Assembly: GCF_001194135.2 (NCBI RefSeq)
Contig: NC_068982.1
Coordinates: 153,969,182-154,005,329, forward strand
DNA: 36,148 nt
Origin: Octopus bimaculoides
Taxonomy: Eukaryota
Direction of reading: 5' to 3'
This document shows, one piece after another, positions 23,770 to 36,000 of this stretch. Position numbers and translations under genes: made by a program. The notes beneath the pieces are model-generated. The model saw nothing but the letters and a program-made list of their open reading frames with translations, made no database searches and was not told the DNA's origin. Positions within the stretch are counted from its first letter, which is position 1; each line of letters starts with the position of its first letter.

Positions 23770-26265
23770 ATTCAATAAAGGTTTATCAAAGCTGAAAATC
23801 TTCGCAAGCCATTAGCCCCCAAGGTTCATGTAACCGATCATCAGAAGCTGGAACAATACAATGGTTTTAAATACTGTAGTGGGAATTGGTTCATAAATAA
23901 GGAAATGAGCATTTAAAGCTGGTAGCATAACAAGTTATTATATCTCAAAATTAATGGGATATGTTGGATAAGACAACTGACCATTAATGAAAATAATATA
24001 AACATAAACAAATGAAATATATTTGAATGAAACGAGGCGTTATGTCAAGATAAATTAATGTAGTCATAAGCTCTGCTTCGATCAATCTAAAGAAGGCAGG
24101 CAAAGCCATCGTAGTTTTGAGAGCACACACGAACAGATAAGATAAATAAAATGAATGGAAATAAGAACAAATATATAAATTTGTTGTAGGAGAGAGAGGT
24201 GTAGAGACAGTAAGTAAAAAAGGGAGTAACGAGAAAATTTTATAGGAAATGGAACTAAAAAAGTGAGATACTGAAACAGCGACAGTGATTAAGAGATGTA
24301 CTGAGAAGAGAAAGCTGTATAGCATTTGAAGCGAAGTATATATGCACAGAAAGCATAATATGATGCATGTCCTATAGTAAAAGAAAAGACTAGGGAAATA
24401 TATACGTAAGAAAGGTTGTAAAACAAATAAGGATTTAAGTCAAGCAAATGTGTAGAAAGAGGAGTGAGTGATAAAAATAGAGAAAGTATATAGAAAGTAA
24501 ATAGAAAAACCTGGCGTGAAGGATGAAAGGCAATTGTTGCATTTTTTGTGGAGTGGGCTCAAGAAAATAAAATGAATGCATATACACAAAATCTGGTCAA
24601 CATTGACGGGAGAAGAAAAGTTATTTGAAATGATGAGAAAGCACATAAAATGCATGAAAATGTTAAATTCCAAAAGTAAAAGGAATGAACTTTTGTGAAT
24701 GTCATATGTAAAACATGAAACAGGAACGATGGAAAAGTTAGATAAAAAGTATGTGTAAGTTATGTTCAAATTGTATAAAAACCTAAAGATCAAAATAGAA
24801 ATGTCGAAAATAAGTTAGTGAAAGAACTAGAATGTATCAACATATTCTAAGTGATAATAATAACAACTGGAGAGAAAGAGAAATAATAGTGCACGTCATC
24901 CGTTTGATAGAAGAGGCCTCGACCAAAAGCTTTTAAGAATGCTTGGAAAAGTTCAATAACTCAAACATTCGGTCCAGAAACAGGATAAACTACTTCTCAC
25001 TCAACGGAAATTTGATGTAATTGCGATAAAAGCCATGTCTTAATGGGTTTACTGTTTATTTTAAAATTAACCAGTGGATGTTTAAAAAGCCGAACCAGGT
25101 ACTTTAAGTAGCCAGGATATTTAAACAAATTCTTGTGCAGGTAAAATCTATCTTGAAACTATGATCAATTGCACTGTTAAACGTTTTAGATAGAGAGCTG
25201 TTGCCAATTTGGACTTCAGTCTTATACACTTGCCATTAAGCGGGAAGTTACTAGAGTCCATACGATTGAATTTAGGATTTTGCTCATTTTCATTGGTTTC
25301 AGAGAATCTTTTCACATTATACGTCGATACGGGGACGTTTTTACATGAACAGGTAATCTTCAAGGTACTTCTATTGAATATTCTGTAATCTTGCGTGCTC
25401 TGAGAAAATGCTTAGTTAGCCTCTAGCTACTTTAGTCTTTACAATCATACTGAATGTTGATTAAACCAGAATATTTTGTGCTCCTAGGTCTGTGAAATTT
25501 AGGATTATTTTCAATGTCCACAAAACGTATCTGCTCAGAGAACCTGCTGTTCTTAAGAGCATGGTTGCAAATGGAATTATTTATTGCTTTTCACGCTTCA
25601 CATTAAATTTCAGTACCTACCTTCTCCATACTTTCTCCGCACTCCCAATTTCTCTTCACGCTACACATCTATATTGCTTACCTCTCTATTTCTTTTACAT
25701 ACCTTTCTTACGTATATACCTCGCTGTCCATCGTTTCTATTTTTAACCAAACTATGTATCATTATATATCTATATCACAATGCTCTATAGGTCTTATCCT
25801 CTCGACACATCTCTTAATCCTTCTCTTCCCCTCTGTTTCTCTCTCTCCCTCCCTCTCGCTTTTTCTTTCTTTTTTCCTCCCCCTTCTTTACCCACAAAGA
25901 TTCTCATTTACTTTGTTTCTCTCTCGGACCCTACACCTCTTCCCTATAACAAATTTCTTCATTTGTTTGCTCATATTTTCGTTTCATCGTCACTTTACTT
26001 CGCCTGTGTTTTCAAAACTTTAAAACGGTCCTCGTCTGGTTCGTTCCTTGGCTTTTAATGGCTATATTATTTCAGAGCATAACGCTTCGTTTTATTTAAC
26101 TTTACTTCACTTATTTATTATGTTTATATTATCATCGTCAATTGGCATTCTACAGACTTAGAATGTGACAAACTCGCCTTATCATCCCTTAATGTTTATC
26201 TGCTTATTTATCACCTGATCTGCGCTACAACACTTAAAAGCCATTGTATTGTTCCAAAAATACTT
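23770..26265 (-). mobile_element. Penelope-like element 2: 5'-truncated ORF end (about 25570-24900), long 3' UTR, and an inverted copy of the 3' UTR (pLTR) at the 5' end
   Basis: The minus strand gives HALKNS.FSEQI, IFWFN, IFNRSTLKITCSC, NFPLNGKC, IHWLILK and LSEK*FIL..ELLN..KHS.KLLV. Segments 23845-24530 and 25570-26265 are inverted homologues (for example TATATACGTAAGAAAGGT, and TGGAACAATACAATGG). Confidence 0.8.
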
Positions 26266-26598
26266 TTCTTTCAGTTCGCCATTTATATGCATTTTCTTTT
26301 AGAGAATTCTATCAAAGAACTCAATGTATGTATAGCATACAACAATATAAATTTAATATAATATTTAGCCAAGGTGAATTAAAAACAACTTATATACGTG
26401 TGTATTTATCAACAAATTGATATATCAATTTAAAATTTATAAAAAATATCTTTTAAGTATCCAAACAGTTTTCGGATTGTTGTTTTAACTTGCTTGCGAT
26501 TTTCTATATTTTTACGAATGTGAAAATATGAAACGTTCATTCTCTTTTCAAGGGGATTAGTACTCTAAGGGAAGTGAAATTGCTTTCACTGAGATAAA

Positions 26599-26653
26599 AT
26601 GGCAACACTCACAGTTCTCTTGTCTGCCTACTGTTCTGTTGTGTCAATTAATG
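26599..26653 (+). CDS. Candidate first exon encoding a signal-peptide-like MATLTVLLSAYCSVVSING
   Basis: Good Kozak context (AAAATGG), hydrophobic core and phase-1 donor G|GTATTT. No homology recognised. Confidence 0.25.
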
Positions 26654-27670
26654 GTATTTGAAATGAGCGAAAGTCAAATAACGTTAGTTAATATTTGTTT
26701 TACGACGAAAACATGATAGCCCAATATTCTATATTGTTTTATAACTGTTAAACTAGGATGTTGATACAGGCAAGCATATAAAATGGCATTCCAAAGAACA
26801 TAATCACCTGGATGATGAAGACTCCCCATTATATTTCAACCACCGGCGTTCGTTTCGTTCTCTTATCCCTTGTTTTGCTACTATAATGGCCTATCTTCTG
26901 AAATACGAAATTGCGTGCTGTCTCCGTTCAAACCCACCCAAGATACACATTCTTCTTGCCTCACACTCTCTCACTCAATCTCTCTCTCTCTCTTCCTCTC
27001 TCGATTTCTCTCTCTCTCTCTCTCTTTCTCTCTCTTTTTTTCTTTCTTTCTCTTCACGTTTTCCTCCACATCCACTATATTAGTCACTGGGAAACTTTTC
27101 CTGTGAAAGATCATGAGCACTACTTTGTCCCGACAAAGATAGTCTCTAAGAAGAAAATTTTCAATTAGTCGATGTTCCATCTTTCGAGATTTTCTGTAAA
27201 CAAACTTATATATTGATTACAAGTCTAAATAACTGAGCTGAGTTTTTTTTCAATAAAATTGCATATTTTTCTTCAGTTTTTAAAAATAAATATCATTTTA
27301 ACATGTACATCTACATATCACATAAATATTTACAAATGTTATTTCTAAATGTAAGGTTAATAGTACACAAATTATAATATTTTCATATGGTGATGTATTA
27401 ACTTACAGAGTATATTTTTTATATATATAATATTACATGCCTCAACAGCGCTAATGAGATATTTTCTCTTTCACACTGTGACGATGGCAGATATAGTGCA
27501 GTCACGTTTGAATCAAAAGAGAGCTTAACTTCTTCATAACAATAGATCTGAAATGTATTGATAACCTAAAGCATTTTGTTGTACACTGAGTCTGTTTATC
27601 AAAGAATGGTATTTTCGCTCTCCAATGATAATCGATTTTCATGTAATTCCTACGGTTATATGCTTTTCAA

Positions 27671-27679
<9 letters not shown>

Positions 27680-27703
<24 letters not shown>

Positions 27704-28002
27704 NNNNNNNNNNNNNNNNNNNNNNNNNNNNNNNNNNNNNNNNNNNNNNNNNNNNNNNNNNNNNNNNNNNNNNNNNNNNNNNNNNNNNNNNNNNNNNNNN
27801 NNNNNNNNNNNNNNNNNNNNNNNNNNNNNNNNNNNNNNNNNNNNNNNNNNNNNNNNNNNNNNNNNNNNNNNNNNNNNNNNNNNNNNNNNNNNNNNNNNNN
27901 NNNNNNNNNNNNNNNNNNNNNNNNNNNNNNNNNNNNNNNNNNNNNNNNNNNNNNNNNNNNNNNNNNNNNNNNNNNNNNNNNNNNNNNNNNNNNNNNNNNN
28001 NN

Positions 28003-28058
<56 letters not shown>
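27680..28058. repeat. (TA)n, gap 27704-28002, (GT)n
   Basis: Direct inspection. Confidence 0.95.
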
Positions 28059-28061
<3 letters not shown>

Positions 28062-28139
28062 GATATAAAGTTCTGCACAATATTTAAAAGCACTGCTTCC
28101 TTGCTCACTTGCTTCTAATATTGCACGCTATGAATTCAT

Positions 28140-28202
28140 TTTTGTTATTGTTCTTCTTGTTGTTACTGTTTTTGTTAGTAGTAGTAGTAGTAGTAGTAGT
28201 AA

Positions 28203-28255
<53 letters not shown>

Positions 28256-28256
28256 A

Positions 28257-28314
<58 letters not shown>

Positions 28315-28320
28315 TATTGT
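28140..28320. repeat. (TAG)n microsatellite
   Basis: Direct inspection. Confidence 0.97.
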
Positions 28321-28838
28321 TCTTATATAGTACCCTCCATTCGTAATAGAAAAACTGGGCGGAGTTTCGCTGGCGTTAAGGCAAGGCGTTAAGAAAATCT
28401 GATGTAATATTCAACTGGAATATACGGAAAATCACAAGCTTTTGCTATTTGCTGCATTTTTGACTATCGTTTTCTTTTAGTCACATTTTCGAATAAAATG
28501 ATAGATCATTCTGTTTTTCTTCTTTCTGTTATTTAATTTTGAAATCACAAACTTTAAGAAATAGATAATGTTCGACATTTTTAATACAAATGAAAATAAA
28601 CTAAGTATATCGGAATTTCGTTTAAACACCTAAATCTTGGAAAATGTCAGTTATACATCAATAGCTTTATTGCTGTAATATTTTAATCATTTTTTTGTCA
28701 ATTTTCATATTCCATTTTTCTGTTTATTAAAAGATTAGTATATTTCTTCAGATGAATTTTATTAACTTATGTTTATTTATATATGTCTTCATCGCCAATC
28801 TCTTTATACATATGCAGACATATGTGTATGTATGTGCG

Positions 28839-28873
<35 letters not shown>

Positions 28874-29073
28874 GTATGTGTGTGTGTGTGTATCTACACA
28901 AACATTATACACACACACACTCACACATTCATATACATATCAAATGATGAGTAAAATGAAAAGACATTCGGAAATAAAAACAGAACCAGTGTATGTGTGT
29001 ACAGGTATATATAACATATTTATACACACAGAGGCACACGCACGCACACACACACACACACGCATACACACAC

Positions 29074-29107
<34 letters not shown>

Positions 29108-29269
29108 ACACACACACACACATACACACACACATATATATACGCATATATTACATGTATAGCGCTTTCAAAATATTTGAAGCCGTTTAAGTAGAAACAA
29201 GTGAAAAAGTATTGTAAGCTGGCCAGAAACTGCAAACAGCAGATTTTCAAGTGATTCTTCCCACGTTTT

Positions 29270-29469
29270 TTACTTGTTTGGATCTTTCGACTGCGGCCAT
29301 AAAGTGCTTCAGTCGAACAAATTGACACCAGTACTTGTTTTTTAAAATCTGGCACAATCAGCCTTTTTTTGCCGAACGTCTATGTTACAAGGGCTAAATA
29401 AATATCACCGGCTGTCAAGCAGTGGAGGAACAGACACACAAGACACACACATAGCTTTAAACGCGCGCG

Positions 29470-29513
<44 letters not shown>

Positions 29514-29665
29514 TATGATGGGCATTCAGTTTCTGACTACCAAATCCACTCATGTTGGCTGGCATGGGGCTACAAGGAAGATACTTACCTAAGATGTCAT
29601 GCAGAAGGATTGAACTCGAAAACATATGACTGGGAAGCAAACCTCTTGTCACATAGTCATGCCTG
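29270..29665 (-). mobile_element. Family-B CORE-SINE, near full length, inverted
   Basis: GACTGCGGCCAT..AGTGC tail, internal (CA)n, CAAATCCACTCA, GATACTTACCTAAG and GGATTGAACTC (B-box complement). Confidence 0.8.
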
Positions 29666-29799
29666 CGTCCAAGTACATTTACGTATACAATACATAAATG
29701 CATATATAGACATATATATAGTTGAAACTTACTTGCAAAGATGAAGCGTGCGTTCGATCATGTAATAATACAAAAAATATGTGAGTAAATGCATATATA

Positions 29800-30330
29800 C
29801 GTACATGTATGTAGAAACCTACATCTACATGTGTATATAGAAGCATATCTGGGTACAGGACGTTACAAAAAAACGTGGACAAAATGAAAAACAGAACATA
29901 AACAGAGTACAGAAAACACACAGGCCACAGAGAACATTTCCTTCATCAGCTTCCACCATTCTAAAACTAAGCGTTTCGAAGACTTAGGGTAATGTTTTGT
30001 GTATCTGGTTGAATGAATGTGAGTATGAGAGTATGAGGCAAGACTGTGTGGTGTAATTTTTGTATTCGTATCTATGGGGCGGAGGGTATGCAGTCAGGTC
30101 GTGAGCCCTGGTACTGAAGTGTAGGTTGGGTAAATTGAGACTGTGAGTTTAAACCATACAGACACATAATTGTTGAAGAAATACGAACTCTCGTTTTATC
30201 TGGAAGTGAGAAACAGACGATCGGGTGTTCAGAGCGAATTTAAAGACTGAAAACTATTTGTTAATTTAGTTGGTGGAGCAGAAATCCGAGTGCAAGCAAC
30301 TTGTTATAAAGTTAGATAGCTATGAGACAA
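29800..30330 (-). mobile_element. Penelope-like element fragment 3 (different subfamily): GIY-YIG C-terminus and 3' UTR
   Basis: The minus strand gives KREFVFLQQL (frameshift) YGLN, matching the RE..I..L.T..P.GLN ending of GIY-YIG PLEs. The UTR contains CGAAAC and CTGATGA. Confidence 0.55.
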
Positions 30331-30429
30331 TTTACAGTTAGATATAAATGGATTCTCAGAAGAAACACATGAATGAATATGTGGGTAAGATTGGTGGGTT
30401 GGCTGAGATGCAGGACAAAGCGTAAAATA

Positions 30430-30519
30430 GATGTGCGTGTGTGTGTGTGTGTGTGCGTGTGTGTATGTGCGCGTGCGCGTGTGTGCGTGCGTGCGTGTGT
30501 GTGTGTGTGTGCGTGTGTG

Positions 30520-30560
<41 letters not shown>
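30430..30560. repeat. (TG/CG)n microsatellite
   Basis: Direct inspection. Confidence 0.95.
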
Positions 30561-30562
<2 letters not shown>

Positions 30563-31519
30563 AAGAGAGAGAGACGAGAAGAAATTGGTAAAGAATCCAC
30601 AAAGTTGCATAATTTACACATATACACAGATTATATCCAACAAGTCCATACTTCTTATCTTTTTTTTCTTCTGTCGTTGCCTTTGTTTTTTATTTCCATT
30701 TTTCTATTTCTTTATGTTTCTCTTCCACATTCAACAAATTAAGTCTTAGAAGTGGTTAATGTGTGCAAATACATCTTTCATTCGATAAATTAATAAGATG
30801 CAGTAGTTATTGTCTATTACTGTTTATCCCCAAATGAAATCTGATTGGATAGGCCTTTGATCAAAAACATTCCAATCGTAATCAATCCCGTTTTTTTTAG
30901 CTTTTTTCATACATAATCTACCTAGAACTGCATAATTCTATACGTCCTACCCCTTTTAAGAGAGTGCGGTGGCTGCTAATTCAAGCAGATGAAAAAACCA
31001 TGTAGGCGCTACCTTACTGATTCTCGCACAAATATTTATCTGTTGGTGTAGCGAAAATAAACTGTTTGAAAAATAAACAATTCTGAGATACTAAAAGAAT
31101 GACAAATAAATGTTTAGTGAAATGAAAATATATTTAGTACTTGAGTGTTTATTCTAGTGTTTTCGCTGAAAAGATGTAGAAATAATGTTGGCCATCGGCT
31201 AATAATATTTTAATATTTTTCTATCACTGTGTATTTGATCTTCCATTAGATTGTTTAATGTTCCAAGCATTATATATACTTAAACCGACTTAACGATATT
31301 TAATTTAATTTTTATTTTAGAAATTTCAAAAATATCATTATCGCCATCATCGTGTTCCATATTCTGTTAGAGTCTATGGCAACACATTCTAATACCGCGA
31401 TAATGTGGAAATGTCTCTCATGGAGGAAAAAGATATGTGGGAATCCCACATACTTTTCACGACGCCAGTCAGCCAACCCTGATGGAATGAAAAGTAAGGA
31501 ATGGAATCTAGCATTTAAC

Positions 31520-31630
31520 TAATGTTTTATTTCCTCGATTCCGAAAAGTTAACATTAGCAGGATTTAAACTCAAAAGGCAAAGAGCAAAGACATATTCGG
31601 CGTGGCATTTTTCCAGCGCTCTGACAATCC
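31520..31630 (-). mobile_element. Degraded family-A SINE head, inverted
   Basis: GGATTTAAACTC (B-box complement), preceded by TTTCCTCGATTCCGAAAAG. Confidence 0.55.
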
Positions 31631-32004
31631 TAAAACCTGTTCGCATTTAGAAAATATACCTCTTTTACTCTGCGGAATGAATCTATATGAGTTTTGACGC
31701 CAATTCTTAATCGTGATGACTCAGTAAGTAAGACTTCTGTTGAAAAACTCATCACATTTAATGCCCGCTTTTTTTCCAACTTCACATTGCTCACATTCAA
31801 CAAAATTCCTCTGAAACTTTCTTTTTGTATACCATATAATTTAGTAGAGGTGTTCACAAGGTAGCCAAGGGAAAAAATTCCTCTGATCACACAAATCCAA
31901 TAAGGTACTTCGTCTTGACTTAGTCCTTTCGATTACCTTCAAACAATAAATACGATGCTTATATCCACCAAATTCTCCTCCCTCTCTCTCTCTCTCCCCC
32001 TCTC

Positions 32005-32051
<47 letters not shown>

Positions 32052-32123
32052 AAGGTTAGTTTCTAATATCAAGAAAAACGCTAATGTGTTCCATTCTTAA
32101 GAATGAAAACCTCTCTGACTTAC

Positions 32124-32210
32124 CAAATCTCACTAGTGCCTTCATTTAAATATTTCAAATAAGATGGCAACCATTGAGCCTTGTGTTGAACTAGTACTCT
32201 ATTTTCGATC
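32124..32210 (-). CDS. Candidate 87-nt internal exon (IENRVLVQHKAQWLPSYLKYLNEGTSEI), phase 2-2
   Basis: Strong acceptor TCATTCATTTTTTCAG|G, donor TTG|GTAAGT, open frame and protein-like composition. No homology recognised. Confidence 0.4.
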
Positions 32211-32547
32211 CTGAAAAAATGAATGACAAAGACTAGTTTGGTATGGTTTGAGCTTATATATAAAATGTTGTGAAAAAACTCCACATGGTATTTTGTCCGG
32301 TGATCTAAAGATTCTGCTGGTCCACCAGCATTTCAGTCCGCGTAAAAAAAATCTTCCTTCAGCATGTTATGAGCATTGTTTCACAGACATGCATTTTCTC
32401 TCCCCTGTTTCTACTCCTACATCAACTGTTTCTATTTCTCCGCTCTATTATTCTTCACCTTTCAGAAACGGCCATAAATGCATTTCTTAATTATTTCTTT
32501 CTCGATTTTCAAAATTGTAAAGCACTTTGTTGACGTTTTCTAAAAAG

Positions 32548-32628
32548 GGATCAGTAAGAGCACAATCAGTATCATGGACAAAGTGGAAAGGCCAAGCCAA
32601 ACGATGTATCATATGACCAAGAGAAAAG
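32548..32628 (+). CDS. Candidate 81-nt exon (ISKSTISIMDKVERPSQTMYHMTKRK), phase 1-1
   Basis: Donor AAG|GTAAGC, moderate acceptor TTTTCTAAAAAG| and open frame. Confidence 0.3.
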
Positions 32629-32832
32629 GTAAGCCAACTGTTACGGTGACACCAGTGTTCCTCTAAATTTAGTATGTGTGAGTATGTGCGTAAATGTGTA
32701 TATGTGTATATTTAAATGTGTTTGTGTATTGTGTGCACACATGTGTGTGAGAGAAGTGCATGAGTACACTGTGTGTATATTCGTGTGTGGAATGAGATAC
32801 AAGGGGTTATAAGTGACTGGAAATCTCTTTAG

Positions 32833-32919
32833 AAAGTGTACAAGCTCAACATGAACAGTTTCTGAAACTGTCAACGTTTATAGAAATTAATGTACTCGTG
32901 GGAGGATCCCGAAAGTATG
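32833..32919 (+). CDS. Candidate 87-nt exon (SVQAQHEQFLKLSTFIEINVLVGGSRKY), phase 1-1
   Basis: Acceptor CTCTTTAG|, donor ATG|GTAAGA; in frame with 32548-32628. Confidence 0.35.
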
Positions 32920-33334
32920 GTAAGAATATAAGGAAGAAACACTTTTGATCACAAGTCTGCTGGATCAAGTTTTCTCTCGGATAACACTAAACAACAATAG
33001 TAACAACACCATCAAATTCAACAAATTTCACACAATTAAAATGTCTCTCACAAAAGTTCAAACTATTTATCTTTCTTGTAGTGATTTTTATTCAGATTAT
33101 ATTTTCCTTTTTTATCATTTTTGTTTTTTCATGTATGTATGGTTTGTGTTTCGTTTTTGTATTGCACACTTTTTTCCCGTGTGGTTATATTCATTTCAAA
33201 GGGAAAAAGATGAAAAATAAACTTTATCTAGAGATAATTTTGCCTGCAAGTTTTATTTCGGGAACTATAAAGAAAAAACACAGATGAAACATAAATACAG
33301 AGTAGGCCAACTTTGTTATTGTTTTTGAAGTTAT

Positions 33335-33358
33335 TATCATAATCATTATCATCATCAC

Positions 33359-33413
<55 letters not shown>

Positions 33414-33439
33414 ATTATCATTATTATTATTATTATTAT
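33335..33439. repeat. (TTG)n/(TTA)n microsatellite, tail or target of the R4/Dong element
   Basis: Direct inspection; abuts the element 3' end. Confidence 0.95.
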
Positions 33440-35195
33440 GAAATTTTACTTCTCGGACTCTCGAACTTACTCGCACCGATTAATTCTGTGAGAGCAGACA
33501 GCAGCTTGTTGTCAAAGATTTCACAAGGTCTCTAGGAGTCTCTTTCCCCGAATTATAAGACTTGGTACTTAGATGTTAAGTTTCGTGGAAGATATTTAAC
33601 ACTCAAGTACCAATCCCAAAATCCACGTTGTCCTCAATAGAGCTGTTTTTTTAAGCATATTCTACCCTCGTCAATTCCAGTTTCTCCGGCATATTTCTCA
33701 AACTTAGTTGTTTGTGCTCAGCGTGCTCCTACAACAACTGGCATGATAGTTACTATCTACATTGCCCACATTCTTGCAATCTCATCTTATAGTAACTTCT
33801 ATTTTTCAATTTTTTCCAGCTCTCTGTAGCCTACACGTGCGTCCCCAGGTATATCAATATCTATAACCTTAGTTTCCTTCTTCCTTCTTTCCACTACAAC
33901 AATGTCTAGTCTTCGAGCATCAACTAGTGAGTCATACTGGATTGTAAAATCCCACAAGATCTTATATTCATAATTCTAAGTGACACCTTCCGGTTTATGT
34001 TCATACCATTTCCGTGCTCTTCCAAGATCGAACTTCTCATACAACCTCCAGTGAACAAACTTATCTACGTTATCGTACCTCGTTTTGTATTCCTTTTGGG
34101 TCAGTTTGCTACACTCACTCATAATGATTATGATTGTTTCGTTTTCGCTGCTACACATCCTACAAAGGGGCGACTCACTGCTCTTATCTATATGGAAATT
34201 GGCGTAATTAATTCTCAGAGCTCGTTACTGGGCGTTGCATATCAATGCCTCAGAGCATCCTTTCAGATCGCTTTCCCTTAGCCACTTTCGGGGGTTGGAT
34301 TTGTCTTTTCCTTCGATTCCTATAAGGTATTGCCCATGCATTGTTTTCATTTCCAGTTGTTTAATATTTGTTCTTTATTTTGTTTCTTAAATGTTTGTGG
34401 ATGCGTCTGATTTTCAGTAGGTATCGTGTTGCTATTTCTAACAGCAGCAAACAGGGTTCAACCTGCTGTTTGACGTACCATCCCGGGAGGTTTTAGCTGA
34501 CAACACAAATCTTACATCAAATCTATTTCTCTTGTTCCTAGGTACATACAGTCTATTTCGCTTTTAAGGTGCAATTCCTTGTTCATTGTCATCACTTTCC
34601 TGGGTTTTCTATCCATTTCCTCAAACTCGATTTTTGCCCATTTAACAACATCTGCACCGTATCGCATTAAGAAAACAGCCCATGTCTTCACTGCCCTGAT
34701 CTTTTTCTTTCCATCGGGTCTGCTTTTCATATTTAATTTTCTTCTGAGGTATTCTTGCCTAAAGCTTTCCTTCGTCCACTCTCCTTGATTTTGTCACGAT
34801 TTAAGTCATCTATATATAACATGTAATTTACCTTTACCGGGATCCTTTTGGCAAATAACCGTTTTACCTGTGGTCATCCACTTTGAGATTTCCACCCCGC
34901 TGTTGATCATTTTCATCCATTTGAGCAGTTATTCTTTTGTGTAATGTTGGGAAAGTTTTCAGCGAATACTTTCGTACCCCATACGGGCTTGGACATTTTC
35001 TGTTTGGAATCTTTGTTGTCTACTCGGTCACCATTTCAGCTGTTATTCTTCTATTGTTCTATTTCACTTCAATTTTTATACTTTCTTGTATTATGCCAGA
35101 TGTTAGTCCGAAACCTCCTACTTTTCTTCAGCATCCGATTTCTCACTGTTGTTAACTTTTCCGTTCAGCTGCTGATTAACCCATTTCTGATCTTG
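33440..35195 (-). mobile_element. R4/Dong-clade non-LTR retrotransposon, 5'-truncated with internal deletions (RT remnants, zinc-knuckle region, RLE, 3' UTR)
   Basis: DQK...PDAEE..FW, KWMTTGKTVICQKDP, LYIDDL (34800-34823), KIRAVKTWAV..MRYG...EMDRKPRK, EYKTRYDNV...HW, WYEHKPE, KILWDFTIQ.D...ARRLDIVV, IDI.IPGD, MPVVVGA. Confidence 0.9.
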
Positions 35196-35199
35196 TAGG

Positions 35200-35860
35200 A
35201 ATAATCCCCGACCGGGTCTCAACCAGAGACCTAAGGCACGTATATGTAATATGGAGAGAAACATCCTGAGAATGTAAGGGGTTGATGTCAAAACGATTTT
35301 TTTAGTCTCATAGATTGTTGGTTTCCCAGGGGCCATTACCTTTCTTGGTCACTTCCAGGGCACCTACAACAAGAGGGATAGTTTTGGTTTTTAATTGCCA
35401 TGTCCTATGTATTTCAATCTCAGGGTCCTTATATTTTAACAGCTTTCAAATTCCTTTGCTGAGATGTTTCTGTCAGTAGGAACTGCCATAACAATTAACA
35501 GGTATGAGTCTTGTTTTATGTCATTGATGACGATATCTGGTCTGTTATCATTTATTTGCCTGTATGTATTCCATAATCCCAAAGGATAGTAACATTCTCT
35601 CACTCAGTAACTGACTCTGGATGGTGTTCATACTAGTTCTTAGAGTGCGGGATTCCATAGTGACGGCATATTTTCTAGTGCAAGTATTGGACAACTTGAT
35701 CAGACCTCGTTTTATATTCTGTAGGGGCAAGGACTGAGCAACCGGCAACAATGTGGTTAATACTCTCAAGTTTGTCGTTTCAGTGTCTACACTTTGTGTC
35801 TACCTCATTGTGTGTGACATTAGCTTGATAGTTCAGGGTGAGGAGACTCCGATCTTATGT
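35200..35860 (-). mobile_element. Second R4/Dong-clade element (different subfamily): CCHC knuckle, RLE and short 3' UTR
   Basis: KCRH*NDKLESINHIVAGC, EYKTRSDQV, YEHHPESV, ILWDY, RPDIVI, MAVPTDRN, IPLVVGAL. Confidence 0.85.
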
Positions 35861-35863
35861 TAT

Positions 35864-36000
<137 letters not shown>

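Noticed and set aside
24085-24125. KKAGKAIVVL resembling the Penelope RT ADKG motif on the + strand
   Set aside because: Lies in the non-coding inverted arm and is not preserved in the homologous arm.
27437-27547. 111-nt phase 0-0 minus-strand exon candidate (IYCYEEVKLSFDSNVT...)
   Set aside because: Moderate splice sites, not phase-compatible with the neighbouring candidate and within chance expectation.
31630-31890. Minus-strand ORF with VLLTESSRLRIG resembling Tc1 V.FSDES.F
   Set aside because: Similarity too weak to call without a profile search; no TIR seen.
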